A stretch of DNA of 64,000 nucleotides from an uncultured Gaiellaceae bacterium (lineage in GTDB: Bacteria > Actinomycetota > Thermoleophilia > Gaiellales > Gaiellaceae): contig CAVSRW010000017.1 of the NCBI GenBank assembly GCA_963730405.1, positions 20,955 to 84,954 on the forward strand. Reading direction: 5' to 3'. Position 1 is the stretch's first letter; each line of letters starts with the position of its first letter. The notes beneath the pieces are model-generated. The model made no database searches and had not been told where the DNA came from. It saw nothing but the letters and a program-made list of their open reading frames with translations. Of the stretch, positions 34,993-48,322 are shown in pieces. The position numbers and the translations under genes were made by a program.

Positions 34993-35015
34993 GCTTGTGT
35001 TTCAGAAACACAAGC
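34993..35015. repeat. AT-rich perfect palindrome copy R4 (GCTTGTGTTTC-A-GAAACACAAGC)
   Basis: Read directly. Begins 2 nt after the fdhD stop. Its centre is 79 bp from the R3 centre. Confidence 0.95.
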
Positions 35016-35017
35016 TC

Positions 35018-35815
35018 TCACGCGACCACCCGCCACGCCTCCGTGTAGACGTTGAGCGAACCGCCGCGGACGAAGCCGCAGAGGGTGATCCCGCGGTCGG
35101 CGGCGAGCTCGACCGCGAGCGACGAGGGCGCGCCGACCGCGACGAGCAGCGGGCAACCGGCGACGGCGGCCTTCTGGACGAGCTCGAACGAGAGGCGGCC
35201 GCTGACGCAGAGGATCGAGTCCGCGAGGGGCAGCAGCCCGTCGAGGAAGGCGCGGCCGAGCACCTTGTCGAGTGCGTTGTGGCGCCCGACGTCCTCACGG
35301 ACGCAGAGTAGGTCGCCCGCGGCGGAGAAGAGCCCGGTCGCGTGGAGACCGCCTGTGGCCTCGAATGCCTCCTGGGCGCCGCGCAGCAGGTCGGGGAGCC
35401 GGCCGACGAGCGTGGCCTCGACCTGCAGCGTGCTCTCGATCCGAGGCGCCTCGACCGCGATCGCCTCCAGAGCGCCCTTGCCGCAGACGCCGCAGGAGGA
35501 CGAGGTGTAGAAGCTCCGCCGCAGACGGTCGACGTCGGCGCCGGGCGCCTCGACCTCGACCGTGTTCGCGGCGAGATCGTCGGGCACGCGCGCCGCGAGC
35601 GGCCGCAGCCCCTCGGAGAGGCAGAACCCGATCGCCAGCTCCTCGTCGTGGCCGGGCGTCCGCATCGTCACGGCCACGGGAACGCCGCCGATCCGGATCT
35701 CCAGCGGCTCCTCGACCGCGACGAGGTCGCCCGTCTCACCGCCCGGCACCCGCGTCACCCGCACACGGGCGGTGGTGTGAGCGGGCGTTCTCACGTGCGC
35801 AAGCGTACAACGCAA
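35018..35815 (-). CDS. fdhD: formate dehydrogenase accessory sulfurtransferase
   Basis: EEPLEIRIGG..SSSCGVCGK..GGLHA..DVGRHNALDKV..SGRLSFELVQKA. The start is TTG 35815 or GTG 35794. Confidence 0.9.
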   Translation of the reverse strand: MRCTLAHVRTPAHTTARVRVTRVPGGETGDLVAVEEPLEIRIGGVPVAVTMRTPGHDEELAIGFCLSEGLRPLAARVPDDLAANTVEVEAPGADVDRLRRSFYTSSSCGVCGKGALEAIAVEAPRIESTLQVEATLVGRLPDLLRGAQEAFEATGGLHATGLFSAAGDLLCVREDVGRHNALDKVLGRAFLDGLLPLADSILCVSGRLSFELVQKAAVAGCPLLVAVGAPSSLAVELAADRGITLCGFVRGGSLNVYTEAWRVVA

Positions 35816-35850
35816 GGTTTCTCGCGACCCGGCATCTCAATTGTTAGGAA

Positions 35851-36204
35851 ATGATGGAGTCCGCCGCAGACTTCGGAACCGGCCTTCGCGCCCACCTCGG
35901 CCTGGAGCAGGCCGAGCTGGAGCTCGTCGCCTCGCCGCAGGCCGCGCAGAAGCCCCTTCAGGCCACGCCCGACGACGACGAGCCCGACCCGCGGGAGCAG
36001 GCCGAGCTCGACGCCCTCGAGGAGCTCGAGAGCGAGCTGCTCGAGCGGGAGCGCGATCTCGCTCGCCGCGAGGCCGGCCTCGCGGCCCGGGCCGGCGCCC
36101 TGCTTGCGACTGCCCAGGCGCTGTACGACGAGGTGCTCGGCGGCGGTCCCTCGCCCAACGACGACGAGCTCGCCCGCCTCCGGCGGCGGAAGAGCATGGC
36201 CTGA
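35851..36204 (+). CDS. acidic coiled-coil hypothetical protein
   Basis: 117-aa ORF behind an AT-rich promoter-like gap with AGGAA SD. It is Glu/Leu/Ala-rich (ELDALEELESELLERERDLARREAGL). No family recognised. Confidence 0.5.
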   Translation: MMESAADFGTGLRAHLGLEQAELELVASPQAAQKPLQATPDDDEPDPREQAELDALEELESELLERERDLARREAGLAARAGALLATAQALYDEVLGGGPSPNDDELARLRRRKSMA

Positions 36205-36207
36205 CGG

Positions 36208-36417
36208 ATGATGGTCGAGCACATCGAGCGCATCCGCGACGATCGGTTCAAGCGCTGGAGCGTCTACGCCGCCGTGCCGTTCCTCTGGCTCGCGATCGCC
36301 CTGCTCAACCCGTTCGTGCTCCTCGTCCCGCTCATCCTCGCGCTCGCGATCCACAAGGCGATGGAGTACGGGATCGTCGAGCGCGACGATCCTCCGGACG
36401 ACCCGGACCTGTACTAG
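36208..36417 (+). CDS. small two-TM membrane protein
   Basis: 69 aa with WSVYAAVPFLWLAIALLNPFVLLVPLILALAI. It is in the same frame as the preceding ORF, separated by TGA plus one codon. Confidence 0.5.
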   Translation: MMVEHIERIRDDRFKRWSVYAAVPFLWLAIALLNPFVLLVPLILALAIHKAMEYGIVERDDPPDDPDLY

Positions 36418-37076
36418 CCGCCCGCGGCTGCGGCGAGCATCGACTCGATCTCGTCGTAGCCGGCGCGGCGTGCATGCTCGAGCGGCGTGACGCCGTCGCG
36501 GTCGGCGAGGTCGACTCGGGCGCCCGCGTCGAGTAGAAGCCGGACGATCTCCTGGTGGCGGCGCCCGCCGTCGCCGAGGATGACCGCCTCGAGCAGGGCT
36601 GTCCAGCCGAGGTCGTTGACGTGATCGACGTCGATGTCCGTCCGCAGCAGCTCCCGCACCATCTCCACGTGGCCGCGGTCGGCGGCGGGGATGAGCGCCG
36701 TCCCGCCGAAGCGGTTCGTGCGCGCCAGGTCGGGTCCGGCGCGCAGCACCTCGCGCAGGACGTCGACGTCGCCGGTCTCTCCCACCGCGAGGAGCGGGTT
36801 CGCCCGCGACTCGTCCTGGACGTCCACGTCCGCGCCCGCGTCGACCAGCGCGCGGACGACGGTCGCCGCGCCTGCGTACGCAGCGGCGGTGACTGCCGTC
36901 CTGCCGCCGGCGCCGCGGTCGTTCGGGTCGGCACCCTCGCGGAGCAGGTCGTTCACGGCCCCGAGATCGCCCCGGTCGGCCGCGGCGGCCAACTCACCCT
37001 CGGCAGGAACGTCGTCGGCGCCTCCACAGCCGCCGAGCGCGAGCGCGACGAGCACGGAGAGCAGCCGCGGCCCTAT
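36414..37076 (-). CDS. ankyrin-repeat lipoprotein; start codon unresolved
   Basis: Lipobox LALGGC after (I)GPRLLSVLVA. There are at least 5 ankyrin-like repeats (G.TAL..AA..G...VV..L...GADV). No canonical start gives a full signal peptide. The 5' end is given at ATA 37076, and GTG 37055 is the conservative alternative. Confidence 0.75.
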   Translation of the reverse strand: MGPRLLSVLVALALGGCGGADDVPAEGELAAAADRGDLGAVNDLLREGADPNDRGAGGRTAVTAAAYAGAATVVRALVDAGADVDVQDESRANPLLAVGETGDVDVLREVLRAGPDLARTNRFGGTALIPAADRGHVEMVRELLRTDIDVDHVNDLGWTALLEAVILGDGGRRHQEIVRLLLDAGARVDLADRDGVTPLEHARRAGYDEIESMLAAAAGG

Positions 37077-38899
37077 TCGACCGTGACCGTCTTCGCGAGG
37101 TTGCGCGGCTGATCGACGTTCAGCCCGCGCAGGCGCGCGATCCGGTACGCGAGCAGCTGCAGCGGGATGATCGCCAGCACCGCCTGGAGGAAGTTCGGCG
37201 TCTTGGGCACGTAGATGACGTCGTCGGCGTGGTGCTGGATGTCCTCGTTGCCGTCGGTCGCGATCGCGATCACGTGCGCGCCGCGCGCGCGCACCTCCTG
37301 GATGTTGGAGACGAGCTTGTCGTAGACGTGGATGTCGGTCGCGACGACGACCACGGGCGTGTCGTCGTCGAGCAGCGCGATCGGCCCGTGCTTCATCTCG
37401 CCGGCGGAGTACGCCTCGGTCGGGATGTAGCTGATCTCCTTCAGCTTCAGCGCGCCCTCGAGCGCGACCGGCAGGCCGATGTGGCGGCCCAGGTAGAGGA
37501 AGAACGGCTGGTGAGCGAACCGCTGCGCGATCTCCTCGATCGGGTGGTCGCCGTCGAGGAACTTGTCGATCTTCTTCGGCAGGTCGTAGACCTTGTCGAG
37601 GATGAACGAGATCTCGCCCGCCGGCATCGTCCCGCGGATCTGCGCCAGCTTCAGCGCGACGAGGTAGAGGAGCGAGACCTGCGCGGTGAAGGTCTTCGAG
37701 GCAGCGACGCCGACCTCGAGTCCGCAGCGCGTGTAGAGGACGGAGTCGACCTCGCGGGTGATCTGCGAGCCCATCATGTTCGTGATCGCGACCGTGCGCG
37801 CGCCCTTCTCGCGGGCGAGCTTCATCGCCTCGATCGTGTCGCGCGTCTCGCCCGACTGCGAGATCCCGATCACGAGCGTGTCCTCGTCGATGACCGGGTT
37901 GCGGTAGATCCACTCGGACGCGATGTCCGGCTCGACCGGGATCCGCGCCCACTCCTCGATCACGTACCGCCCGACGACGCCGGCGTGGTACGCGGTGCCG
38001 CAGGCGAGGATCACGATCCGGCGCAGTTGCTTCAGCTCCTCCTCGGAGTGCCCGAGCCCGTCGAGCACGAGCGTGCCGTGGCGGACGCGGTCGCCGATCG
38101 TCTCCGCGACGGCCTCCGACTGCTCGTAGATCTCCTTGAGCATGAACGTCTCGTAGCCGCCCTTCTCGGCGCCCTCGTCGTCCCAGTCGAGCTCGACCGA
38201 GTCGTGCTCGACCCGGGAGCCGTCGACGCGCGTGAAGACCGAGCCTTCCGGCGTGATCGTGACGATGTCGCCGTCGTCCGGGAACTGCACCTGGCGCGTC
38301 TCCTTCAGGAAAGCGGCCGCATTCGAGGCGAGGAACATCTCGCCGTTGCCGATCCCGACCACGAGCGGCGTCTGGTGGCGCGCGGCGACGAGCACGTCGG
38401 GGTGGTCGTGGTGGATCACGACGAAGGTGAAGTGGCCCTCGAGGTCGGCGAACGTCCGCCGCACGGCCTCGGTCAGGTCGCCCTCGTAGTGGCGCTCGAT
38501 CAGGTGCGTGACCGTCTCGGCGTCGGTCTCGGAGGTGAAGGTGTGGCCGTCGGCGATCAGCCCTTCGCGCAGCTCGCGGTAGTTCTCGACGATCCCGTTG
38601 AGGACGATCGAGAGCTTCGAGCCGTCGCAGCCGATGAGCGGATGGGCGTTCGCCTCGGTGACGCCGCCGTGCGTCGCCCAGCGGGTGTGGCCGAGGCCGT
38701 GGTTCGACTTGGAGCCGTTCGGGCCTGCAGCCTCCTTCAGATTCTGGAGGTTGCCGACGGCGCGCACGTACTCGATCCCGTCGGCCTCACGAAGCGCGAT
38801 CCCCGCAGAGTCGTAGCCGCGGTACTCGAGGCGCTCGAGGCCCGCGAGCAGAAGCTGCTTGCACTCCCTCGGCCCCACGTACCCGATGATCCCGCACAT
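37073..38899 (-). CDS. glmS: glutamine--fructose-6-phosphate aminotransferase
   Basis: MCGIIGYVG (Cys nucleophile after Met removal) and two SIS domains, ending ..NLAKTVTVE. Start set at ATG 38899. Confidence 0.95.
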   Translation of the reverse strand: MCGIIGYVGPRECKQLLLAGLERLEYRGYDSAGIALREADGIEYVRAVGNLQNLKEAAGPNGSKSNHGLGHTRWATHGGVTEANAHPLIGCDGSKLSIVLNGIVENYRELREGLIADGHTFTSETDAETVTHLIERHYEGDLTEAVRRTFADLEGHFTFVVIHHDHPDVLVAARHQTPLVVGIGNGEMFLASNAAAFLKETRQVQFPDDGDIVTITPEGSVFTRVDGSRVEHDSVELDWDDEGAEKGGYETFMLKEIYEQSEAVAETIGDRVRHGTLVLDGLGHSEEELKQLRRIVILACGTAYHAGVVGRYVIEEWARIPVEPDIASEWIYRNPVIDEDTLVIGISQSGETRDTIEAMKLAREKGARTVAITNMMGSQITREVDSVLYTRCGLEVGVAASKTFTAQVSLLYLVALKLAQIRGTMPAGEISFILDKVYDLPKKIDKFLDGDHPIEEIAQRFAHQPFFLYLGRHIGLPVALEGALKLKEISYIPTEAYSAGEMKHGPIALLDDDTPVVVVATDIHVYDKLVSNIQEVRARGAHVIAIATDGNEDIQHHADDVIYVPKTPNFLQAVLAIIPLQLLAYRIARLRGLNVDQPRNLAKTVTVE

Positions 38900-38976
38900 G
38901 CAAGCCCCCCTCTCCACTCGAAGCCGATCCGAGAACGCGTAAGAGCCCGGCGTACCTCTCGCGTCGTCGCGAGTGC

Positions 38977-40257
38977 TTAGCCGAGCTCCCTCTGAACGAG
39001 GGCTGCGATCCTAGCACAGTATTCCAGGGCTTTCTCCTCCGTTTCGGCCTCGCCGAGGACGCGGATGAGAGGCTCGGTGCCCGATGCTCGGACGAGCACG
39101 CGGCCGGTGCCGTCGAGCTCGGCGTTCAGGCGCTCGGCCTCGGCCAGCGCGGCCTCCGGGACCTCGCGGCGCGCGACGCGGACGTTCTCCTTCACCTGGG
39201 CGTAGAGCGGCATCACCGCCGCCGCTTCCTTCAGCGTCCGGCCTCGGACTGCGTCGCAGAGCAACAGCGCAGCGGCCAGCCCGTCGCCCGTCACGTGGTC
39301 GCGAAGACAGATCACGTGGCCGGACTGCTCGCCCCCCAGGATCCCGTTTCCTTGCCGGAGCGCCTCGAGCACGTAGCGGTCGCCAACCGGCGTCGTGACC
39401 ACACGGATTCCGTGCTCGGCCATCAGGCGGTGAAAGCCGAGATTGGTCATCACCGTGACCGCGACGACGTCGACCTCGAGGTGGAGCGCGAGGATCGCAA
39501 GGATCTGGTCGCCGTCGACCGCGTTGCCGTCACCGTCGACGGCGAGCATGCGGTCGCCGTCGCCGTCGAAGGCGACCCCGAGGTCGAGGCCGCCCTGACG
39601 GACCGTCTCTTGCAGCAGCGCGAGGTCGGTGGCGCCGCAGCCCGTGTTGATGTTCTCGCCGTTCGGCTCGTCGCCGATCGCCGTCACCTCGGCGCCGAGC
39701 CGCTCGAACGCCTCCGGGGCGATGCCGGAGTACGCGCCGTTGGCGCAGTCGACTGCGATCCGGAGTCCGCTCAGGTCGGTGCCGAAGCGCTCGACGACGT
39801 GCTCGAGGTAGCTGTCGGTGTAGACGGTCACGTGGTCGACCGCGCCGCCGCCGCCGCCACCGTCGATCTGCCGAGACGCAGGCGCGTCGAGCAGCGCCTC
39901 GATCTCCTCCTCGGAGGCGTCGGTCAGCTTGCTGCCGTGCCGGTCGAAGAACTTGACGCCGTTGTACTCCGGCGGGTTGTGGGAGGCGGAGATGACGACG
40001 CCGAGGTCGAGCGCCAGCAGCGCGACCGCCGGGGTCGGGAGCACGCCGGCGAGCACGGCGTTCCCTCCCGCCGCGACGACGCCGCGCGCGAACGCCGCCT
40101 CGAGCTCGGGCCCGGAGCCGCGTGTGTCGCGGCCGACGAAGACGCGGCCGCGGCCGGACCAGAGGGTCGAGGCCTTGCCGAGCCGCTCGACGAGCTCGAC
40201 CGTCAGATCCTGGCCGACGACGCCACGGACCCCGTCCGTCCCGAAGTAGCGCCGCAC
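38977..40257 (-). CDS. glmM: phosphoglucosamine mutase
   Basis: YFGTDGVRG..ISASHNPPEYNGVKFF..GDGDR..GGEQSGH. Confidence 0.95.
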   Translation of the reverse strand: MRRYFGTDGVRGVVGQDLTVELVERLGKASTLWSGRGRVFVGRDTRGSGPELEAAFARGVVAAGGNAVLAGVLPTPAVALLALDLGVVISASHNPPEYNGVKFFDRHGSKLTDASEEEIEALLDAPASRQIDGGGGGGAVDHVTVYTDSYLEHVVERFGTDLSGLRIAVDCANGAYSGIAPEAFERLGAEVTAIGDEPNGENINTGCGATDLALLQETVRQGGLDLGVAFDGDGDRMLAVDGDGNAVDGDQILAILALHLEVDVVAVTVMTNLGFHRLMAEHGIRVVTTPVGDRYVLEALRQGNGILGGEQSGHVICLRDHVTGDGLAAALLLCDAVRGRTLKEAAAVMPLYAQVKENVRVARREVPEAALAEAERLNAELDGTGRVLVRASGTEPLIRVLGEAETEEKALEYCARIAALVQRELG

Positions 40258-40265
40258 GGCGCGGT

Positions 40266-40661
40266 CTAGCGCTTCGAGAACTGCGGCGCCTTGCGCGCCT
40301 TGTGGAGGCCGGCCTTCTTGCGCTCGACGACGCGGGCGTCGCGGGTGAGGAATCCCTCACGCTTCAGCGCGACGCGCAGCTCCGGGTCCGCCTCGACGAG
40401 CGCGCGGGCGATCCCGTGGCGCACCGCGCCGGCCTGGCCGGACGGCCCGCCGCCGTGCACGCGCACGCGGATGTCGAACGTCCCCTCGACGCCCGCCGTC
40501 TTCAGCGGCGCGAGCGCGAGCGTGCGGTGCGTGGCGCGCGGGAAGTAGTCCTCGAGCGTGCGCCCGTTGAACCACGTCTTCCCGTCGCCGGGGCGAAGGA
40601 TCACACGCGCCACCGAGGTCTTGCGCTTGCCGGTGCCGAGGTACTGGGCCTGCTCTGCCAC
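40266..40661 (-). CDS. rpsI: 30S ribosomal protein S9
   Basis: [60 protein letters not shown]. The GTG start overlaps the rplM stop by 1 nt. Confidence 0.95.
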   Translation of the reverse strand: MAEQAQYLGTGKRKTSVARVILRPGDGKTWFNGRTLEDYFPRATHRTLALAPLKTAGVEGTFDIRVRVHGGGPSGQAGAVRHGIARALVEADPELRVALKREGFLTRDARVVERKKAGLHKARKAPQFSKR

Positions 40662-41092
40662 TACGAGACCTCCAACGTCTTGGGCGCCTGGGCCTCGTGC
40701 GGGTGCGCCGGCCCGGCGTAGATCTTCAGCTTCGTGATCTGCTGGCGCGCAAGCCGGTTGCGCGGGAGCATGCCCTTGACCGCCTTGCGCAGCACCTCCG
40801 TCGGCCGCCGCTCGAGCTGCTCGCGCAGCGTCCGCGTGCGCAGGCCACCCGGGTAGCCGGAGTGACGGTGGTACAGCTTCTGGTCGAGCTTCTGGCCGGT
40901 GACCGCGATCTTCTCCGCGTTGACGACGATCACGAAGTCGCCCGTGTCGACGTGCGGCGTGTACACCGGCTTGTTCTTGCCGCGGAGCGTGTCGGCGATC
41001 TGGGTCGCGAGGCGGCCGAGCGTCTTGCCCTCGGCGTCGACGACGTACCACTCGCGTGCGATCTCGCCCGGCTTTGCGCTGTAAGTCTTCAT
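40661..41092 (-). CDS. rplM: 50S ribosomal protein L13
   Basis: [41 protein letters not shown].. Confidence 0.95.
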   Translation of the reverse strand: MKTYSAKPGEIAREWYVVDAEGKTLGRLATQIADTLRGKNKPVYTPHVDTGDFVIVVNAEKIAVTGQKLDQKLYHRHSGYPGGLRTRTLREQLERRPTEVLRKAVKGMLPRNRLARQQITKLKIYAGPAHPHEAQAPKTLEVS

Positions 41093-42318
41093 TTCACAGA
41101 AAGAGGGCGCACATCGGGTGCGCCGGCGGCGGATCGTAGCAGAATCCAGACCGCCGGAAGGACCACGAAAGCCGTTGCCGAGAGCGCGAGAGCCTCGACT
41201 CCGAGCTCGCTGTAGAGGACGCCGCCGAGGAGGACGAGCGCCGCGCCGGTGAAGCTCGAGAGCTGGTCGGTCAGCCCGATCAGCTGGCCTCGCTCCGCCG
41301 GCAGCGCGCGGTCGGCGAGCTCGGTCACCGCGGCGACGTAGGAGATGTTCCAGCCGAGCCCGAGCAGGAAGAGCGACGCGGACACCCAGAAGACGCTCTC
41401 GAACCAGGCGAGGGCGAGCGTGGAGAGACCCATCAGAAGCAGCCCGGCGACCTGGCCCGGACGGCGGCCGACCGCGTCCACGAGCTGGCCGATCACGAGC
41501 ACGAGCGCGTACATGCCGACGATGTGGAGGCTGATCACCGTGAAGACGTCCGACTGGTGGTGACCGTGGTCGATGACCAGGTAGCCGGTCAGGTTCATCA
41601 CCGACACCATCCCGGCGAAGCTGGCGATCGCCGCCACGAGCGCGGTCAGGACGCCCGGGCGACGGACGATCTCGCTGAGCGGTGCGGCCGCCTCGTCGGT
41701 GCCGCCGGCGTCGAAGTGGAGCTTCTGGGCAATCGTGCGCGGGTCCGGACGGACGCAGAGGACGAGCACGAGCCCGACCACCATGATCCCGGCGGCGGCG
41801 ATCCACGGCAGGACGAGCGACTCCAGGTCGAGCTCCTTGCCGGCGAAGAGCGGACGGAAGACGAGCGGGCCGAGCGCGGCGCCGAAGAGCGCGCCGAAGA
41901 GGACGTACGAGATCCCACGCGCGCGGCGGGCGGGCGGATACATGTCCGCCGCCGCCGCCCGAGAGAGCAGGATCGTTCCCTGCGCGATGCCCACGAGCGC
42001 GAAGCCTGCGATCACGAGGGTCGCCGAGTCGACCTCGCAGCCGAGCGCCGTCGTCAGGCAGCCGGCGATGCCGGCGAGGCAGCCGCCTGCCAGCACCGGA
42101 ACCCGGCCGTACCGGTCCATCAGGCGCCCGGCGGGGAGCGCGGCGAGCGCGCCGGCGGTGAGGAAGATCGCCGGCCCGAGGCCGAGGATCCCTTCGATGT
42201 CGGTGACCAGGACGAGCGTCACCGTGCCGACCGCGACCGCGAGCTGCACCATCCCGGAGAGCGACGTCAGCGTCGCCGCGAGCAGAATCGTGTTGCGCCG
42301 GATCGGGAACTGCTCCAT
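41089..42318 (-). CDS. MFS transporter
   Basis: 12 predicted TM segments and the GRLMDRYGR motif between TM2 and TM3. The stop overlaps the rplM ATG (ATGA). Confidence 0.85.
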   Translation of the reverse strand: MEQFPIRRNTILLAATLTSLSGMVQLAVAVGTVTLVLVTDIEGILGLGPAIFLTAGALAALPAGRLMDRYGRVPVLAGGCLAGIAGCLTTALGCEVDSATLVIAGFALVGIAQGTILLSRAAAADMYPPARRARGISYVLFGALFGAALGPLVFRPLFAGKELDLESLVLPWIAAAGIMVVGLVLVLCVRPDPRTIAQKLHFDAGGTDEAAAPLSEIVRRPGVLTALVAAIASFAGMVSVMNLTGYLVIDHGHHQSDVFTVISLHIVGMYALVLVIGQLVDAVGRRPGQVAGLLLMGLSTLALAWFESVFWVSASLFLLGLGWNISYVAAVTELADRALPAERGQLIGLTDQLSSFTGAALVLLGGVLYSELGVEALALSATAFVVLPAVWILLRSAAGAPDVRPLSVK

Positions 42319-42327
42319 CGCAGCAGC

Positions 42328-42840
42328 CTACGCCAGTGCCCCGCGCAGGCCAGCGCGGAATGCTGACGCGCCGCCGTGCGCCGGATGGCGCACGTAGTGG
42401 CCGCCGAGCTCGGCATGAGCGAGCCGGCCGACCGGGAGCACGCGGCGGCCGCGGGCGAGCTCCGCGAGGAACGGCGACCCCGCCTCGATCTCGACGCGCG
42501 TCGGCGGCCGGTTGGAGGCGCTCGTCCCGGGATGCGTCGGAACGACGTTCCAGAGCAGGACGTCGTCCGCGATCCCGAGCTCGGCGAGCACGCGGTGGAC
42601 GATCGTCGCCGTCGCCTCGGCCGGGCCCGTTCCCGTCAGCTGGCGCTCCGAGGTGAGCGGGATCCCGGAGACGCGGGTGCCGCGGTAGCCGGGCGCCTCG
42701 GCGACGAGCAGGATCGGCGCGTCCTCGCGCTCGTCGAGGTACGCCGCGAGCCGTGCACGCCGCAGCGCTGAGTCCGCGTACTGGTTGTACGTGCGGCCGA
42801 TCCGCGCCCTCGCCAGCCGCTCGACGAAGTCCGCCTTCAT
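42328..42840 (-). CDS. uracil-DNA glycosylase superfamily protein
   Basis: [21 protein letters not shown] (GE/AxPG motif A region) and HPAHGG near the C-terminus. Start set at ATG 42840, but the track start 42966 is possible. Confidence 0.7.
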   Translation of the reverse strand: MKADFVERLARARIGRTYNQYADSALRRARLAAYLDEREDAPILLVAEAPGYRGTRVSGIPLTSERQLTGTGPAEATATIVHRVLAELGIADDVLLWNVVPTHPGTSASNRPPTRVEIEAGSPFLAELARGRRVLPVGRLAHAELGGHYVRHPAHGGASAFRAGLRGALA

Positions 42841-42858
42841 CGCGTCTAGCCTAGGCCG

Positions 42859-43126
42859 ATGCAGCGTCGGCGCGTCGTCGTGCACGGTCACGTCCAGGGC
42901 GTCTTCTTCCGCGAGACTGACGAAGCGGCGCGCGCTCTCGGCGGGCGTGGCGGGTTGGGTGCGCAACCTGCCCGACGGCGGGGTCGAGGCGGTGTTCGAG
43001 GGCGAGCGCGCGGCGGTCGAGCGGCTCGTCGACTACGCGCGCGAGGGCCCGCGTGGCGCGCGCGTGGACTGGGTCGACGTCGAGGCCGAGGAGCCGGAGG
43101 GGCTCAGCGGCTTCGACGTGAAGTAG
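42859..43126 (+). pseudogene. acyP: acylphosphatase with a single-nucleotide frame disruption at about 42946
   Basis: MQRRRVVVHGHVQGVFFRETDEAARALGG lies in one frame and VAGWVRNLPDGGVEAVFEGERAAVERLVDYAREGPRGARVDWVDV in the next. The total length is 268 nt, which is 89 codons plus 1. Confidence 0.8.
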
Positions 43127-47187
<4,061 letters not shown>

Positions 47188-47191
<4 letters not shown>

Positions 47192-48309
47192 CCGAGCAAT
47201 CCCCCTAGATGGTCGAGCGTTCGGCCCGCATAGAACCCTACGCGCCCGACGACACCCGGCCGCTCGACTGACTCGGCGGCCACGAGCGGCGAGCGCGCGA
47301 GCACCTTGCCGCGGTCGACGACCTGCACCTCGCCGAGCCGCTGCCCCTTCCGGACCGGGAGCGCGACCTCGACCGGCAGCACCACGCGCTCGATCAGCGG
47401 CCGCTCGACGTGGACGACCCGGAGCGCCGGCTTCGCGGCCACGAGCCGGACGGGGTCGCGGCCGTAGGCGGTGCGGGCGGTGCCGTACACGCGCTCGGGA
47501 TCGATCGCCCAGACGGTGCGGTACCGCGAGAGGCCCCAGGCGAGCAGGCCGGCGAGATCGCCGTTTCGGCCCTCCCGCGTCTCGCCGCCGAGGAGGGTCG
47601 CGTAGATCGTCACGCCGCCGCCGCGAGCCGCGGCCACCTGCGACCAGCCGGCGCCGTTGGTGTGCCCCGTCTTGACGCCGATCGTGCGCGGGAAGGTCGA
47701 GAGCAGGTCGTTCCACGTGTTCAGCTGCCGCCCGGCCGCGGTCGCGGTGACGAGCTTCACGGTCTCGCGGATGAACGGCTTGTTCATCGCGACGCGCGCG
47801 AGCTTCGTGACGTCGGCGGCGCTCGAGTAGTGGCCGGGCGCGTCGAGGCCGTCCGGGTTCGCGAAATGCGTGTCCACGAGCCCGAGCTGCTGCGCGCGCT
47901 CGTTCATCAGCGCGACGAACCGTCCGACCGAGCCGCGGCCGACGAAGGCGGCGATCGCGTTCGCCGCGTCGTTGGCGCTCTGGATCAGGGCCGCGCGGAT
48001 CAGGTCACGCAGGGTGACGCGCTCGCCGGGACGGAGGTTGATCGTCGACTCGCCGACCGAGGCAGTCCGGCGTGAGACCGTGGCGACGTCGTCGAGCGAG
48101 GCGTGCTCGAGCGCGACGATCGCCGTCATCAGCTTCGTGATCGACGCCATCGGCAGGTGCTCGTGCTCGCCCTCGGCTGCGAGCACCTCGCCGGTGCCCG
48201 AGTTCTGGACGAGATACGCCTCCGCGTCGACCGGCGGTGGCGCGGCAGCCGCGACGACTGCGAGAGCGAGCGTCGCGACAATCGCGGACAGGAGACCGAG
48301 CCGCTTCAC
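47188..48309 (-). CDS. D-alanyl-D-alanine carboxypeptidase (S11 family)
   Basis: Signal peptide, ASITKLMT (SxxK), SAND-like SxN and KTG(H)T motifs. Confidence 0.88.
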
Positions 48310-48322
48310 GCCGGGCGGAAGG

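Noticed and set aside
11641-35015. CRISPR interpretation of the GTTTC..GAAAC-containing palindromes
   Set aside because: There are only two copies per locus, with unequal spacings (212 and 79 bp). The copies lie inside or at the edge of intact CDSs. The 'spacer' at the second locus is itself a structured hairpin, and no cas genes or leader are present.
11641-35015. Calling the palindrome a Rex (TTGTGAA-N4-TTCACAA) or CRP/FNR-type (TGTGA-N6-TCACA) operator
   Set aside because: The TTGTG and CACAA ends match, but they are separated by 9 bp rather than 8. The site has a central base pair (9-1-9), which those dimer sites lack. Two of the four copies are deep inside a CDS. I kept this only as a comparison, not an assignment.
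35851-36417. Read-through or selenocysteine at the TGA (36202-36204) joining ORFs 35851..36204 and 36208..36417, which are in the same frame
   Set aside because: Sharing a frame has a one-in-three chance. There is no redox motif or Cys-homologue context at the TGA and no convincing downstream hairpin. The second ORF has its own ATG directly after the stop.
38900-38976. glmS ribozyme upstream of glmS
   Set aside because: The glmM-glmS spacer is only 77 nt, too short for the ~170-nt ribozyme. It shows only a small hairpin (CTCGCG-ACGA-CGCGAG) and a G-rich SD.
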